Positions 1 through 9,695 are shown, counted from the first letter of the stretch. The stretch: DNA of 64,000 bases from Candidatus Woesearchaeota archaeon (GCA_038891615.1 JAWADY010000003.1:32001-96000), one strand, 5' to 3'. Translations and numbers: made by a program. The notes: generated from the letters alone by a model not told the origin.

Positions 1-48
1 GAGTTTTCTATCTTTTCTTGAAAGTATAGAGATTGTAGGTTTTAGCAT
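1..48 (-). CDS. Possible 5' end of a gene running off the window (MLKPTISILSRKDRKL...)
   Basis: ATG at 48-46 with open frame to the window edge; only 16 codons visible. Confidence 0.3.
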   Translation of the reverse strand, partial: MLKPTISILSRKDRKL

Positions 49-104
49 AGCTTAAAACGCTACTGAATTGATGGGAAAAAAGTTTTAGGTCAACAATAGC
101 AATC

Positions 105-112
105 TTTATAAA
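105..112 (+). promoter_or_regulatory. TATA box of the ribosomal protein operon
   Basis: TTTATAAA; with the ~30-nt spacing seen at leaderless genes in this window the TSS falls near 135. Confidence 0.7.
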
Positions 113-132
113 TCCCCTCATTGGTACGAATT

Positions 133-274
133 ATTGGCCTGAAAAGGAGTCTTTTCAGTACAGCGAAGTGAGCCGAGAGGTGAGGAAGTTTTTGGCCACT
201 GCTTCTAAAAGGCTCTTTTAGGCCCAATCAGTAGTTGACCCCAAAAGAGCTTTTTAAAGACTTTTGGGAAACAA
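133..274 (+). promoter_or_regulatory. Structured 5' leader of the rpl3 operon (candidate r-leader/RNA switch)
   Basis: Long hairpin 133-228, hairpin 240-268, and a mutually exclusive 14-bp helix 206-219/243-256. Confidence 0.6.
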
Positions 275-1264
275 ATGCCAACAAAAAGAAGTCCAAGGCG
301 AGGAACACTGCAGTACTGGCACAGGCAGCGAGCAGCCAGACTCACTGCCCGAGTTAGACAATGGGCTAAACTCAAAGAAGCAAAAGCGTTGGGCTTTGCA
401 GCCTACAAGGTTGGCATGAGTCATGTTCTTGCGCTTGATAATAGGCCATCAAGCCCTACAAAAGGCGAAGAAGTTTTCCTTCCAGTTACTGTTCTTGAGT
501 GTCCGCCGCTGAAAGTCTTTGGGGCAGTCTTTTACAAAAAAGATGAGAATGGTTATGGCAGTAGGGTTTTGACTCAAGTGAATGCACCCGGCATTGAGAA
601 AGATAAATACCTTGGAAGGGTGCTGAGGATGCCAAAAACTCAGCGAAGCAAGCTAGAAGATGTTGAGAAGAAGCTTGATGAACTTGTTGATGTGAGGCTT
701 CTTTGTGCAACTCAGCCAAAGTTGATTGGTTTAAAGAAAAAACCAGAAATCATCGAGCTTGGAATTGGGGGAGGAATAAAAGAAAAGCTTGCCTATGCTA
801 AGAGCATTCTGGGTAAAGAAATAAATGCAAAAGATGTCTTTGTTGAAGGTCAGCTGATAGATGTTCATTCGATAACTAAAGGAAAAGGCTATCAAGGTCC
901 AGTAAAGCGTTTTGGTGTTCAAAGACTTTCACACAAGTCTCAAAAGACCATCAGGGGTCCTGGAACTGTTGGCCCTTGGACAGGGAATCGTTCATGGACA
1001 GTGCCACACGCTGGGCAGATGGGCTTTCATCAAAGACTTGAGCGAAACAAGCTGTTGCTAAAACTTGGTTCAAAAGTTGATGAAATAAATCCCGCTGGAG
1101 GCTTCCTTAGGTATGGTTTTGTGAGGAACAATTATCTTTTGGTAATGGGTTCTGTTCCAGGTCCTTGCAAAAGGCTGATAACGCTCACCCAACCAACAAG
1201 GCCTAACACGAAGGCAAAAGGGAGTTTCACAATAACCTATACAAGTCTCGCATCAAAGCAATAG
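275..1264 (+). CDS. rpl3: 50S ribosomal protein L3 (uL3)
   Basis: SPRRGTL N-terminus, YKVGMSH, TKGKGYQGPVKRFG, GQMGFHQR motifs. Confidence 0.98.
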   Translation: MPTKRSPRRGTLQYWHRQRAARLTARVRQWAKLKEAKALGFAAYKVGMSHVLALDNRPSSPTKGEEVFLPVTVLECPPLKVFGAVFYKKDENGYGSRVLTQVNAPGIEKDKYLGRVLRMPKTQRSKLEDVEKKLDELVDVRLLCATQPKLIGLKKKPEIIELGIGGGIKEKLAYAKSILGKEINAKDVFVEGQLIDVHSITKGKGYQGPVKRFGVQRLSHKSQKTIRGPGTVGPWTGNRSWTVPHAGQMGFHQRLERNKLLLKLGSKVDEINPAGGFLRYGFVRNNYLLVMGSVPGPCKRLITLTQPTRPNTKAKGSFTITYTSLASKQ

Positions 1265-1279
1265 AGTATTAAAGACAAA

Positions 1280-2083
1280 ATGGAAATCCCTCTAATGAGC
1301 ATAGAAGGCAAAGAGAAAGGGAAAATAGCCCTTCCCAAACAGTTTGAAGAACCAATAAGGCCAGACCTCATAAAGAGGGCAGTAGAGGCTATCCTTTCAA
1401 ACAATAGGCAGCCTTATGGTGCAGATCCTAGAGCAGGCAAAAAAGCCGCAGCAAAACTCTCGAGACGAAGAAGGCGTTTCAAGAGCTCCTATGGCAGGGG
1501 CATCTCTCGGGTTCCAAGAAAAACACTCATGCGCAGGGGGGAACAATTCTTGTTTGTTGGAGCTTTTGCACCTGGAACGGTTGGTGGGAGACGTGCCCAT
1601 CCGCCAAAAGCAGAAAAGGTCTTTTGCCAAAAAATAAACAAAGTCGAAAGAAGAAAAGCCATACGTAGTGCATTGGCAGCAACAATGTCACGAGAGCATG
1701 TTGCTTCAAGGGGACACAAGGTTTTTGAAAAGTATCCTTTTGCCGTAGTTAATGACCTTGAACAGCTTGCTGAAACTAAAAAGGTTTACGAAAGCCTTAA
1801 AGCACTTGGCTTTGAGGAAGAGTTTGAAAGGACAGCTGTTCATAGGATAAGGGCTGGAAAGGGCAAGGCAAGGGGGCGTAGGTTAAAAAAGTCATGCGGT
1901 TTGCTGATTGTTGTTTCAGGAAAATGCCCTCTTTCACGTGCTGCGAGAAACATTCCAGGTGTTGATGTTATTGAGGCAAGAAATCTAAATGCCCACTTGC
2001 TAGCACCCGGAGGGAAACCTGGCAGGCTTTCTCTTTTCACAGAAGGAGCCATCAAAGCAATTGCAGGAGGTCTATTTAGATGA
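1280..2083 (+). CDS. rpl4: 50S ribosomal protein L4 (uL4, archaeal type)
   Basis: F-EPIRPDLIKRAV, GGRRAHPPK, LAPGGKPGRL motifs; operon position. Confidence 0.98.
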   Translation: MEIPLMSIEGKEKGKIALPKQFEEPIRPDLIKRAVEAILSNNRQPYGADPRAGKKAAAKLSRRRRRFKSSYGRGISRVPRKTLMRRGEQFLFVGAFAPGTVGGRRAHPPKAEKVFCQKINKVERRKAIRSALAATMSREHVASRGHKVFEKYPFAVVNDLEQLAETKKVYESLKALGFEEEFERTAVHRIRAGKGKARGRRLKKSCGLLIVVSGKCPLSRAARNIPGVDVIEARNLNAHLLAPGGKPGRLSLFTEGAIKAIAGGLFR

Positions 2084-2382
2084 GTGAGCAAACTCTTAAC
2101 TCTACAAAAAATCAAGAACAAAGCAAAAAGCCAGAGAGCATAATTAAGCACCCGCTCTCTACTGAAAAGGCCATAAGGTTGATGGAGTCTAACAATGAGC
2201 TGCTTTTTGTGGTAGACAAAAAGGCAACAAAGTTGGATGTTAAAAGGGAGATTGAGAAGCTTTTCAAGGCGAAGGTTATAGCAGTGAACACTTTTGTTGT
2301 TGGCGGTCAGAAGAGGGCATATGTCAAGTTTGCAAAAGAAAGCCCTGCCATAGATGTTGCAACAAGGCTTGGGATGGTTTGA
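2080..2382 (+). CDS. rpl23: 50S ribosomal protein L23 (uL23)
   Basis: IKHPLSTEKA...KRAYVKF...AIDVATRLG. Confidence 0.97.
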   Translation: MSEQTLNSTKNQEQSKKPESIIKHPLSTEKAIRLMESNNELLFVVDKKATKLDVKREIEKLFKAKVIAVNTFVVGGQKRAYVKFAKESPAIDVATRLGMV

Positions 2383-2412
2383 TAAATATGGAGGAACAGC
2401 TCTAATGCGAAT

Positions 2413-3126
2413 ATGGGAAAAAGACTAATTCAGCAAGCAAGGGGTAAAGGGGGTCCGGCATACAGGGCTCTTGGTTTTAGGTATTTGGGTGCGGCAAAGT
2501 TCTTGCCCATCAACAAAGGACCTATGGAAGGATTTGTTAAGGACATACTTCACTGCTCTGGTCACACAGCACCACTTCTAAAAATAAAATGGCAGGATGG
2601 CACAGAAGGTTTTGCGATTGCACCTGAGGGCATTAAAGTTGGGAGCCTGATTAAAGCTGGTCCGGGCGCACCTGTAGAAATAGGAAACATTCTCGCTCTA
2701 CAAGATATTCCTGAAGGTCAGACAATTTTTAATATCGAGGGCGTTCCAGGAGATGGAGGAAAGTACTGCAGAACCTCTGGTGTTGCCGCAAAAATAGTTG
2801 CGAAATATGATAGAAAAGCGCTTGTAGAGTTGCCATCTAAAAAGCAGAGACTATTTGACTTGGCTTGCAGGGCAATGATAGGAATTCCTGCGGGAGGCGG
2901 CAGGGTTGAAAAGCCATTTTTGAAAGCAGGAAACAGACATTTTGCTGCAAGGCGCAGAAACAAACGCTATCCAATGATTTCAGGAGCTGCTCAAAACGCT
3001 GTGGACCACCCATTTGGAAACAAGCGGACTGCAAGAAAGGCAAAGCAGCGCCCTGCCCCACGCTATGCCCCTCCTGGTAGAAAGGTTGGAAAACTTCATC
3101 CAAGACGTACAGGGAGGAAAAAGTAA
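2413..3126 (+). CDS. rpl2: 50S ribosomal protein L2 (uL2)
   Basis: MGKRLIQQARGKG, NAVDHPFG, APPGRKVG, RRTGR. Confidence 0.98.
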   Translation: MGKRLIQQARGKGGPAYRALGFRYLGAAKFLPINKGPMEGFVKDILHCSGHTAPLLKIKWQDGTEGFAIAPEGIKVGSLIKAGPGAPVEIGNILALQDIPEGQTIFNIEGVPGDGGKYCRTSGVAAKIVAKYDRKALVELPSKKQRLFDLACRAMIGIPAGGGRVEKPFLKAGNRHFAARRRNKRYPMISGAAQNAVDHPFGNKRTARKAKQRPAPRYAPPGRKVGKLHPRRTGRKK

Positions 3127-3128
3127 AA

Positions 3129-3509
3129 ATGCCAAGAGAGTTCTTCTACAGAGGAAAAGGTCTAGAGGAGCTCAAAAAGCTTTCTCTTAAAGAATTTGCA
3201 GCACTTCTTCCTGCACGTGAGCGAAGAACTCTTACAAGAGGCTTTACCAGTGCTGCCAAATCCCTCCTCAAGTCCATCGAGGCTGGGGAGAAGAACTTAA
3301 GGACGCATGCAAGAGAGCTAATAATCCTTCCTTCAATGGTTGGGCTGACAATAGGAGTTTACAATGGCAAGGAATTCACTCCGGTAACCATAAGTCCAGA
3401 AATGATTGGTCATAGGCTTGGAGAATTTGCACTAACAAGAAAGAAGGTTGTGCACTCAGCACCAGGTATTGGTGCAACAAGGTCGAGTGCAAGCCTTTCG
3501 GTGAGGTAA
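3129..3509 (+). CDS. rps19: 30S ribosomal protein S19 (uS19)
   Basis: FFYRGK, VYNGKEF, EMIGHRLGEFALTRK, GIGATRSS. Confidence 0.98.
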   Translation: MPREFFYRGKGLEELKKLSLKEFAALLPARERRTLTRGFTSAAKSLLKSIEAGEKNLRTHARELIILPSMVGLTIGVYNGKEFTPVTISPEMIGHRLGEFALTRKKVVHSAPGIGATRSSASLSVR

Positions 3510-3514
3510 GAGTA

Positions 3515-3952
3515 ATGGTAAAGTACTCTGTTGTGGTTGCACAAAATGAAGCTGCTGCAATGGGAAGGGCTTTAGAGATATCAACAAAGCATTCAGCAGA
3601 GGTTTGTGCACTCATAAGAGGAAAACCCCTCGAAATAGCAAAGGGTCTGCTTAGGGAGGTCATTGCCCAAAAAAGAGCGGTGCCTTACAGACGCTCAAGA
3701 CGCGACCTTGCTCACAAAAAAGGAATTGCAGCAGGTAGATATCCAGTCAAAACTTGTGCAAAGATACTAGAACTGCTTGAGCTGGCAGAGGCAAATGCTC
3801 AGTTCAAGGGTTTGCCGATTGCAGACCTTTTTGTCAAACACATTGCAAGCCACCGCGGACCAAAAATCCCTAAAAGTGGAAGGAAGCCAGGAAGGGTTTC
3901 AAAAAGGGCTCACATTGAGGTTGTCCTTGCAGCAAGACAGGAGCAAAAATGA
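3515..3952 (+). CDS. rpl22: 50S ribosomal protein L22 (uL22)
   Basis: ISTKHSAEVC, GRYPVK, AEANAQFKGL, HIEVVL. Confidence 0.97.
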   Translation: MVKYSVVVAQNEAAAMGRALEISTKHSAEVCALIRGKPLEIAKGLLREVIAQKRAVPYRRSRRDLAHKKGIAAGRYPVKTCAKILELLELAEANAQFKGLPIADLFVKHIASHRGPKIPKSGRKPGRVSKRAHIEVVLAARQEQK

Positions 3953-4641
3953 TAGAAAGAAAATTTGTTTCAGAAAGAGTGAAGGAGCACCACATACAAG
4001 AATTTATTTTTGAAACATTGAAGAATGTTGGTCACAGCCATACAAAGCTTGTGCGCACACCATTAGGTGAAAAAATAATCATCTATGCTTCAAAACCTGG
4101 ATTGGTTGTCGGAAAGAAAGGAGAAAACATAAAAAAGTTGACACTGGCCCTTAAGAAAAAGTTTGGGCTTGAAAATCCACAGATAGAACTAAGCGAGGTT
4201 ACAGACCCTGACGTAAATGCACAGATTGTTGCAGAAAGGATCGCTTCTTCTCTTGAACGTTACGGGGTTCAGAAGTTCAAGGCAATTGCACATAAGGCAA
4301 TGGAAATGGCGATGGCAGCTGGTGCGCTCGGAATAGAAATAAAGCTTTCAGGAAAACTCCCAAGCGCACGTGCTAGGTCTTGGAGGTTTTATTCTGGTTA
4401 TATGAAAAAATGTGGCAACGTTGCCATTGAGGCGACTCGCAAGGCTATGACAACTGCAAAACTGAAGTCAGGTGTGATTGGAATCAAGGTTTCCATAATT
4501 CCTCCACAGACTTATCTTCCCGACAGAGCAATTAAGCTAAAAGGTGTCGAGGAGAAAATGTCAGAAGATGTTAAACAAATACCTGCCCACAAAGATGATG
4601 AGGGCGGCAAAGAGAAGGAGGTGGAACAAAAGAATGAGTGA
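3949..4641 (+). CDS. rps3: 30S ribosomal protein S3 (uS3)
   Basis: RTPLG, KH motif PGLVVGKKG, GALGIEIKLSGK. Confidence 0.98.
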   Translation: MIERKFVSERVKEHHIQEFIFETLKNVGHSHTKLVRTPLGEKIIIYASKPGLVVGKKGENIKKLTLALKKKFGLENPQIELSEVTDPDVNAQIVAERIASSLERYGVQKFKAIAHKAMEMAMAAGALGIEIKLSGKLPSARARSWRFYSGYMKKCGNVAIEATRKAMTTAKLKSGVIGIKVSIIPPQTYLPDRAIKLKGVEEKMSEDVKQIPAHKDDEGGKEKEVEQKNE

Positions 4642-4840
4642 AACAAAATTCAGGGAACTAGCAGCTCTGAGCAATGAGGATTTGAGTGCAAAACTTGGTG
4701 AGCTGCGATACGAACTAATAAAGCTGTATGGCGAAGTTTCGACGAGGACTGTTCCTAAATCTCCTGCAAAGATCAGGCAGTCTAAAAGGGCAATTGCAAG
4801 GATAAAAACACTCCTTGCAAGGAGGGCAGCAAAGGAATGA
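4634..4840 (+). CDS. rpl29: 50S ribosomal protein L29 (uL29)
   Basis: ATG 4634; [14 protein letters not shown]; position after S3. Confidence 0.93.
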   Translation: MSETKFRELAALSNEDLSAKLGELRYELIKLYGEVSTRTVPKSPAKIRQSKRAIARIKTLLARRAAKE

Positions 4841-5145
4841 CCGAAGTCTGCCCAAACTGCGGCTTACCCAAGGATCTGTGTGTTTGCGAAGCCATTGCAA
4901 AGGAAACGCAAAAAATTGAAGTTCGCCTTGAAAAGAAAAAGTTTGGCAAAAACTGCACAGTCATCGATGGACTTGATCCAAAGGAGATTGACGTGAAAGA
5001 GCTAGCAAAGAAGCTTAAGGCAAAATTCGCGTGTGGAGGAACGGTTAAGGACAACAAGATTGAACTCCAGGGCGATCATAGGTCAAAGGTAAGAGAAGCA
5101 TTGGTTACTTTCGGGTTTCCACACGAAAGCATTGTTGTAAAATGA
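4837..5145 (+). CDS. sui1: Translation initiation factor SUI1/aIF1
   Basis: [29 protein letters not shown]. Confidence 0.96.
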   Translation: MTEVCPNCGLPKDLCVCEAIAKETQKIEVRLEKKKFGKNCTVIDGLDPKEIDVKELAKKLKAKFACGGTVKDNKIELQGDHRSKVREALVTFGFPHESIVVK

Positions 5146-5160
5146 GATGGGCTGATAAAA

Positions 5161-5529
5161 ATGGCAGAAGAGGCATGTAAAGACAGACATTGTAGCCGGC
5201 ATGGTGGACTATCTGTCCGCGGCAGAAGGTTTGTTGGCACTGTAATCTCTGCAAATATGCAAAGAACAGCTACTGTTGAATGGCCAAGAACCAAGTTTAT
5301 CAGAAAATATGAGAGATATGCCCGTGCACGTTCAAGGGTTAAAGCCCATAACCCTGATTGTATTGCAGCGAAGCCAGGCGATGTAGTCAGGATAGGCGAA
5401 TGTAGGAAAATCTCTAAAACAAAGTCCTTTGTCATACTAGAAAAAATTTCATCAGCTTTACCGGTTGAATTGCAGCAAAGGGCTGAAAAGGAGAGCAAAA
5501 AGATTGAGGCTGTTGGTGAAGAAAAATGA
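5161..5529 (+). CDS. rps17: 30S ribosomal protein S17 (uS17)
   Basis: CKDRHC-HG, KYERY, GECRKISKTKSFV. Confidence 0.97.
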   Translation: MAEEACKDRHCSRHGGLSVRGRRFVGTVISANMQRTATVEWPRTKFIRKYERYARARSRVKAHNPDCIAAKPGDVVRIGECRKISKTKSFVILEKISSALPVELQQRAEKESKKIEAVGEEK

Positions 5530-5927
5530 AAGCGCTTAAAGCACGAATTTGCAAAGGCTTGAACCATGGCTCAAGGATTATTTGTTGTGACAATTCTGGA
5601 GCCAAGCTCCTCAAGATAGTGAGCGTGAGAGGAGGAAAGCCTGTAAAAGGAAGAGCTCCAGCGGCAGGAGTTGGTGATTACATCCTCGCTTCTGTAGTCC
5701 AGGGAAAGCCTGATATAAGAAAACAAGTCGTGCCGGCAGTCATCGTTCGTCAACGGAAGGAGTATCGCAGAGCAAACGGCATTCGAATAAGGTTTGAGGA
5801 CAATGCGGCCGTTGTGCTAAAGGACGAGTTCGGCAATCTTCGTGGAACAATGGTAAAGGGCCCTGTTGCAAAGGAGGCTTGTGACAGATGGCCCAACATA
5901 GCAAAACTGGCTCAGATGATAGTCTAG
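5526..5927 (+). CDS. rpl14: 50S ribosomal protein L14 (uL14)
   Basis: CDNSGAK, FEDNAAV, KGPVAKE. Confidence 0.98.
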   Translation: MKALKARICKGLNHGSRIICCDNSGAKLLKIVSVRGGKPVKGRAPAAGVGDYILASVVQGKPDIRKQVVPAVIVRQRKEYRRANGIRIRFEDNAAVVLKDEFGNLRGTMVKGPVAKEACDRWPNIAKLAQMIV

Positions 5928-5935
5928 GTGCAAAA

Positions 5936-6328
5936 ATGGTCTGGTCTAAAGCTTGGACATCAAGCAAAAAACCAAGAAAGCAGAGAGCGTATGTAGCTAT
6001 GGCTCCCCTTCACGTGAAAAGGGCAAGTCTTGGTGCACATCTATCAAAGGAACTTGCAAAAAGATATGGGAGAAGGACTCTTGAGCTTAGGAAGGGAGAC
6101 CAAGTGATGGTTATGCGCGGTGAGTTCAAAAAGAAAATTGGAACCGTTGAGTGGGTTAACCTGAAAAAACCTGCTGTTAGAATTAGTGGTTTGGAGAGAA
6201 TAAGAAAAGATGGGAGTAAAGTAGGGGTTTTATTTCATCCATCAAAGCTTCAGATTATCCAGCTCGAGCTTTCGGATAAGCGCAGGGCTGAAAAGCTAAA
6301 GGTGATGGGAAGTGTCAAGGCATCTTAA
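5936..6328 (+). CDS. rpl24: 50S ribosomal protein L24 (uL24)
   Basis: ATG 5936 after GGTG SD; SKKPRKQR, KGDQVMVMRG, HPSKLQI. Confidence 0.96.
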   Translation: MVWSKAWTSSKKPRKQRAYVAMAPLHVKRASLGAHLSKELAKRYGRRTLELRKGDQVMVMRGEFKKKIGTVEWVNLKKPAVRISGLERIRKDGSKVGVLFHPSKLQIIQLELSDKRRAEKLKVMGSVKAS

Positions 6329-6971
6329 GCGTCAGGCAGCACCAAAAAGCTGGCAATTGCTAAGAAAAGAAAGGAAATGGGTTACCAAACCAGCTCCTGG
6401 AAAGCACCCACTTGCTTTCAGTATCCCACTAGATTTTGCATTAAAAAAGATTGGGCTGGCTAAGACTTCTCGCGAGGTTAAACGAATACTCACGCTATCA
6501 GAGGTGCTTGTGGATGGAAGACGGGTGCGCGAGCCAAAGACTTGTCTTGGTCTAATGGATTTACTTACAATCACTCCACTTAGCAAAAGTTTTTTGGTTG
6601 TGCTAGACAGCAAAGGTTTGTTAAAGGTTGAAGAGTTGCCAGGAATTGAAAACAAAAAAGTATGCAAGATTGTTGGAAAAATAATTACAAAAGGTGGAAA
6701 GATACAGCTGCAGCTTTCCGATGGCAGAGTTGTTTCGCAACCAGCAGGCACAAGCTATTCTGTCGGAGATAGTCTCGTACTTTCGCTTCCTGAGCAGGGA
6801 ATAGTTGACCACTTGCCATTGAAAAAGGGCGCTCAAATCCTTCTTATTGGAGGGAAGCGAATTGGACAGAGGGCTGTTGTAGAAGATGTAAAGGAAAAAA
6901 GTGTCATATTTAAGGATGCTGCTGGGAGAGCTATTGAAGTTCCAAAAAAGGTTGCTTTTGTGCTAAAATGA
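6312..6971 (+). CDS. rps4e: 30S ribosomal protein S4e (eS4)
   Basis: HLKRQAAPKSW, PGKH, VDGRRVR, GLMD; GTG start. Confidence 0.95.
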   Translation: MSRHLKRQAAPKSWQLLRKERKWVTKPAPGKHPLAFSIPLDFALKKIGLAKTSREVKRILTLSEVLVDGRRVREPKTCLGLMDLLTITPLSKSFLVVLDSKGLLKVEELPGIENKKVCKIVGKIITKGGKIQLQLSDGRVVSQPAGTSYSVGDSLVLSLPEQGIVDHLPLKKGAQILLIGGKRIGQRAVVEDVKEKSVIFKDAAGRAIEVPKKVAFVLK

Positions 6972-7480
6972 ATCCGATGAAAAAAATTCGGATAGAGAAA
7001 GTCACGCTCAACATTGGAGCTGGCAAAGACCAGGCAAAGCTTGAAAGAGGGATTGCTTTGCTGAAACACATCACAGGGCGCACCCCAATCAAAACAGTAA
7101 CAAAGAAAAGGATACCTGAATGGGGCCTTCGGCCTGGCCTTCCAATAGGATGCAAACTAACTCTTAGAAAGGCAGCTGCGCACGAGCTGTTGCAAAGGCT
7201 ACTTAGGGCGAAAAAGCTTGAGCTTAATGAAAGTCAGTTTGATGCGGCAGGCAACATCTCTTTTGGCATTGAAGAGTACATAGACATTCCTAATGTCGCT
7301 TATGTTCCAGAGATAGGCATTATGGGTCTTCAGGTGTGTGTGACCCTTGAAAGACCTGGCTACAGGGTTAAGCGGAGAAGGTTGATGCGAGCCGAAATTG
7401 GCAAAAAGCATCTTATTGCGAAACAAGAGGCAATGGAATTCATGAAAAAAGAATTCGGGGTAAAGATAGTTGGGGGTTAA
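6968..7480 (+). CDS. rpl5: 50S ribosomal protein L5 (uL5)
   Basis: [38 protein letters not shown]. Confidence 0.98.
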   Translation: MNPMKKIRIEKVTLNIGAGKDQAKLERGIALLKHITGRTPIKTVTKKRIPEWGLRPGLPIGCKLTLRKAAAHELLQRLLRAKKLELNESQFDAAGNISFGIEEYIDIPNVAYVPEIGIMGLQVCVTLERPGYRVKRRRLMRAEIGKKHLIAKQEAMEFMKKEFGVKIVGG

Positions 7481-7481
7481 A

Positions 7482-7712
7482 ATGACAAGAAAAGACTACT
7501 CAAAGGCTATTGCACAGCTCAAGGCAAAACCTGCAAAGCTTGCCAAGTATTTAAAACATAATGCCAGAAAAATTCGGCCAACTGGAAGTTTGCTCAAAAG
7601 ATGCAGTAGGTGCGGTAGATTTGGTGGTCATATTTCAAGCTACGGCTTAGGTTTATGCAGATGTTGCTTTAGAGAAATAGCGGCAAGCATTGGTTTTAGA
7701 AAATATCATTAA
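7482..7712 (+). CDS. rps14: 30S ribosomal protein S14 (uS14, Zn type) with N-terminal extension
   Basis: CSRCG...[14 protein letters not shown]...GFRKY. Confidence 0.95.
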   Translation: MTRKDYSKAIAQLKAKPAKLAKYLKHNARKIRPTGSLLKRCSRCGRFGGHISSYGLGLCRCCFREIAASIGFRKYH

Positions 7713-7721
7713 GGTGAGAAG

Positions 7722-8111
7722 ATGCTCAACGACCCTTTATCAAATGTGCTTTCAACAATACTGAGTTATGAAAAGATTGGCAAGAGGTCTGTGCTTTTAC
7801 GACCTGCTTCAAAAATGGTAAAGGCTGTTTTGGATTTGCTTAATAAGGAAGGGTATGTTGGAAGCTATGAAACGGAATCAACCGCGCGTGGGGGTCTGCT
7901 AAAACTCAATCTTCTTGGTCAAATAAACAAATGCGGAGTCGTCAAGCCACGCTTTTCAGTCAAAAAGAACGGTTTTGAAAAGTTTGAGCGGAGATATTTG
8001 CCTGCAAGAGGAATGGGGATACTTATCGTTTCTACGCAAAAAGGATTGATGAGTCACGAAGAAGCAAAGCGTTTAGGGCTCGGAGGAAAGCTGATAGCTT
8101 ATTGCTATTAA
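7722..8111 (+). CDS. rps8: 30S ribosomal protein S8 (uS8)
   Basis: NDPLSN, INKCGVVKPRF, STQKGLMSH, GGKLIAY. Confidence 0.98.
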   Translation: MLNDPLSNVLSTILSYEKIGKRSVLLRPASKMVKAVLDLLNKEGYVGSYETESTARGGLLKLNLLGQINKCGVVKPRFSVKKNGFEKFERRYLPARGMGILIVSTQKGLMSHEEAKRLGLGGKLIAYCY

Positions 8112-8112
8112 A

Positions 8113-8646
8113 ATGAAAACAACAATTATCGAAAAGATTGCTATTCCAGAAGGAGTGAACATTGAGCTAGTTGGAGGACTACTAAAAGTTAATGGGGCCG
8201 CAGGCAGCTGTTCAAGGAATTTTTCGGACCCAAAAGTAAGGCTTTCACAAGAAGGCAGGGAACTTGTACTCATTGCAGAGCGTGTGACGAAACGGGAGAA
8301 GGCAAAGCTTTACTCCTTTGTTTCACATATTAGAAACATGATAAAAGGCTGTCAGAAAAAATTCAGATATGTGTTGAAAATATGTTCAGGTCATTTTCCG
8401 ATGAATGTTTCTATACAAGGCAGCTCGCTTGTTGTAAAAAATTTTCTAGGCGAAAAGTCTCCAAGAATTGTAAGGTTGAGGCAAGGAGTCGATGTGAGGG
8501 TTGAAGGCGACAAGATTTTTGTGGAATCTCCAGATATTGAACTTGCAGGCCAGACGGCTGCAGATATAGAACTGGCCATAAGGGCGCGTGGTAAAGACCA
8601 GAGGGTTTTTCAAGACGGGATTTACATAGTTGAGAAAGGCGGTTGA
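8113..8646 (+). CDS. rpl6: 50S ribosomal protein L6 (uL6)
   Basis: HFPMNV, NFLGEK, DQRVFQDGIY. Confidence 0.98.
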   Translation: MKTTIIEKIAIPEGVNIELVGGLLKVNGAAGSCSRNFSDPKVRLSQEGRELVLIAERVTKREKAKLYSFVSHIRNMIKGCQKKFRYVLKICSGHFPMNVSIQGSSLVVKNFLGEKSPRIVRLRQGVDVRVEGDKIFVESPDIELAGQTAADIELAIRARGKDQRVFQDGIYIVEKGG

Positions 8647-8647
8647 T

Positions 8648-9250
8648 ATGGTTGAAGCTAAAAGTGAAAAAGACGAAAAGAAAAACAAAGACGGATTGAA
8701 AGGGCTTCTGCAGCTTAGGGCGCAGATAAAATCAAAGAAGCCAGAATTTGTTAGGCAGGATTTTGGCAAAAAATTGCGCTTAGCAAAAACATGGAGAAAA
8801 CCAAAGGGTTTGCATAGTAAACTAAGACATCACATAAAAGGACAAGGGCGAAAACCAGAGCCTGGATGGGGAAGCCCATCCGAGGTTAAGGGGTTGCAAA
8901 ACGACTTAATACCAGTCCTTGTTCATAACATTCAGGAAATTGATAGACTTGAGCCAAAGAGACATGGAGCGGTAATAGCATCATCTGTTGGGATCAAAAA
9001 AAAGATTGAAATTGTAAAGGTAGCCCTTCAGAGAAATATAACGCTGCTCAATCTGAAGGATGCGCCTTCCTGGCTTTCCGCACAAGAGCAGGCAATCCTT
9101 GCGAAAAGGCAACAGAAGTCTTTGCCAAAGCCAAAAGAAGGTTCAGTCGTTGAAAGCAAAGTCTCTCCTGCGTCTAAAGAGCGCTCGGCGGAAGAAAAGG
9201 CGGTAATTGAAAAAGAAGAAAAGGATAAAATCCTAACAAAAAGGATATGA
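8648..9250 (+). CDS. rpl32e: 50S ribosomal protein L32e with N- and C-terminal extensions
   Basis: KKPEFVRQD, WRKPKGLHSKLR, GWGSP. Confidence 0.94.
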   Translation: MVEAKSEKDEKKNKDGLKGLLQLRAQIKSKKPEFVRQDFGKKLRLAKTWRKPKGLHSKLRHHIKGQGRKPEPGWGSPSEVKGLQNDLIPVLVHNIQEIDRLEPKRHGAVIASSVGIKKKIEIVKVALQRNITLLNLKDAPSWLSAQEQAILAKRQQKSLPKPKEGSVVESKVSPASKERSAEEKAVIEKEEKDKILTKRI

Positions 9251-9257
9251 GGTTAAA

Positions 9258-9695
9258 ATGATGCAAAAACGACTCGCGAGCCAACTTCTGAAGTGTTCGC
9301 CAAAAAGAGTTTGGCTTGATCCGGCAAAGATGTCTGAGATCAAGGAGGCAATAACAAAAGCAGATGTTAGAAGGCTTATTTCTATAGGAGCCATTGCTGA
9401 AAAGGCTGCAAAACACACCTCAAGATGGCATGCTAGGGTTATAAAGGCTCAAAAATCAAAGGGACGGCGCAAAGGCAAAGGGAGTAGGCAAGGAAGCCAC
9501 GGAGCCAGAGCTTCTCCAAAAAAAGTTTGGGCAGCAGTGGTTAGGCTTCAGCGGGAGTTCGTAAAAAGACTTCATGCCAAGGCTATAATTCCAACAAAGG
9601 TTTATCATGAGCTTTATGCAAAAATTAAGGGAGGCTTTTTCAGAAGTAAAAGGCACATTGGCTTGTATTTGAAGGAACGAGGGTTGATTAAATGA
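9258..9695 (+). CDS. rpl19e: 50S ribosomal protein L19e
   Basis: QKRLASQLLKC, RVWLDP, KGRRKGKGSRQG, KGGFFRS. Confidence 0.97.
   Translation: MMQKRLASQLLKCSPKRVWLDPAKMSEIKEAITKADVRRLISIGAIAEKAAKHTSRWHARVIKAQKSKGRRKGKGSRQGSHGARASPKKVWAAVVRLQREFVKRLHAKAIIPTKVYHELYAKIKGGFFRSKRHIGLYLKERGLIK

Noticed and set aside
133-228. SRP RNA
   Set aside because: Lacks the helix-8 CAGG...GGAA...AGCA motif and runs directly into rpl3
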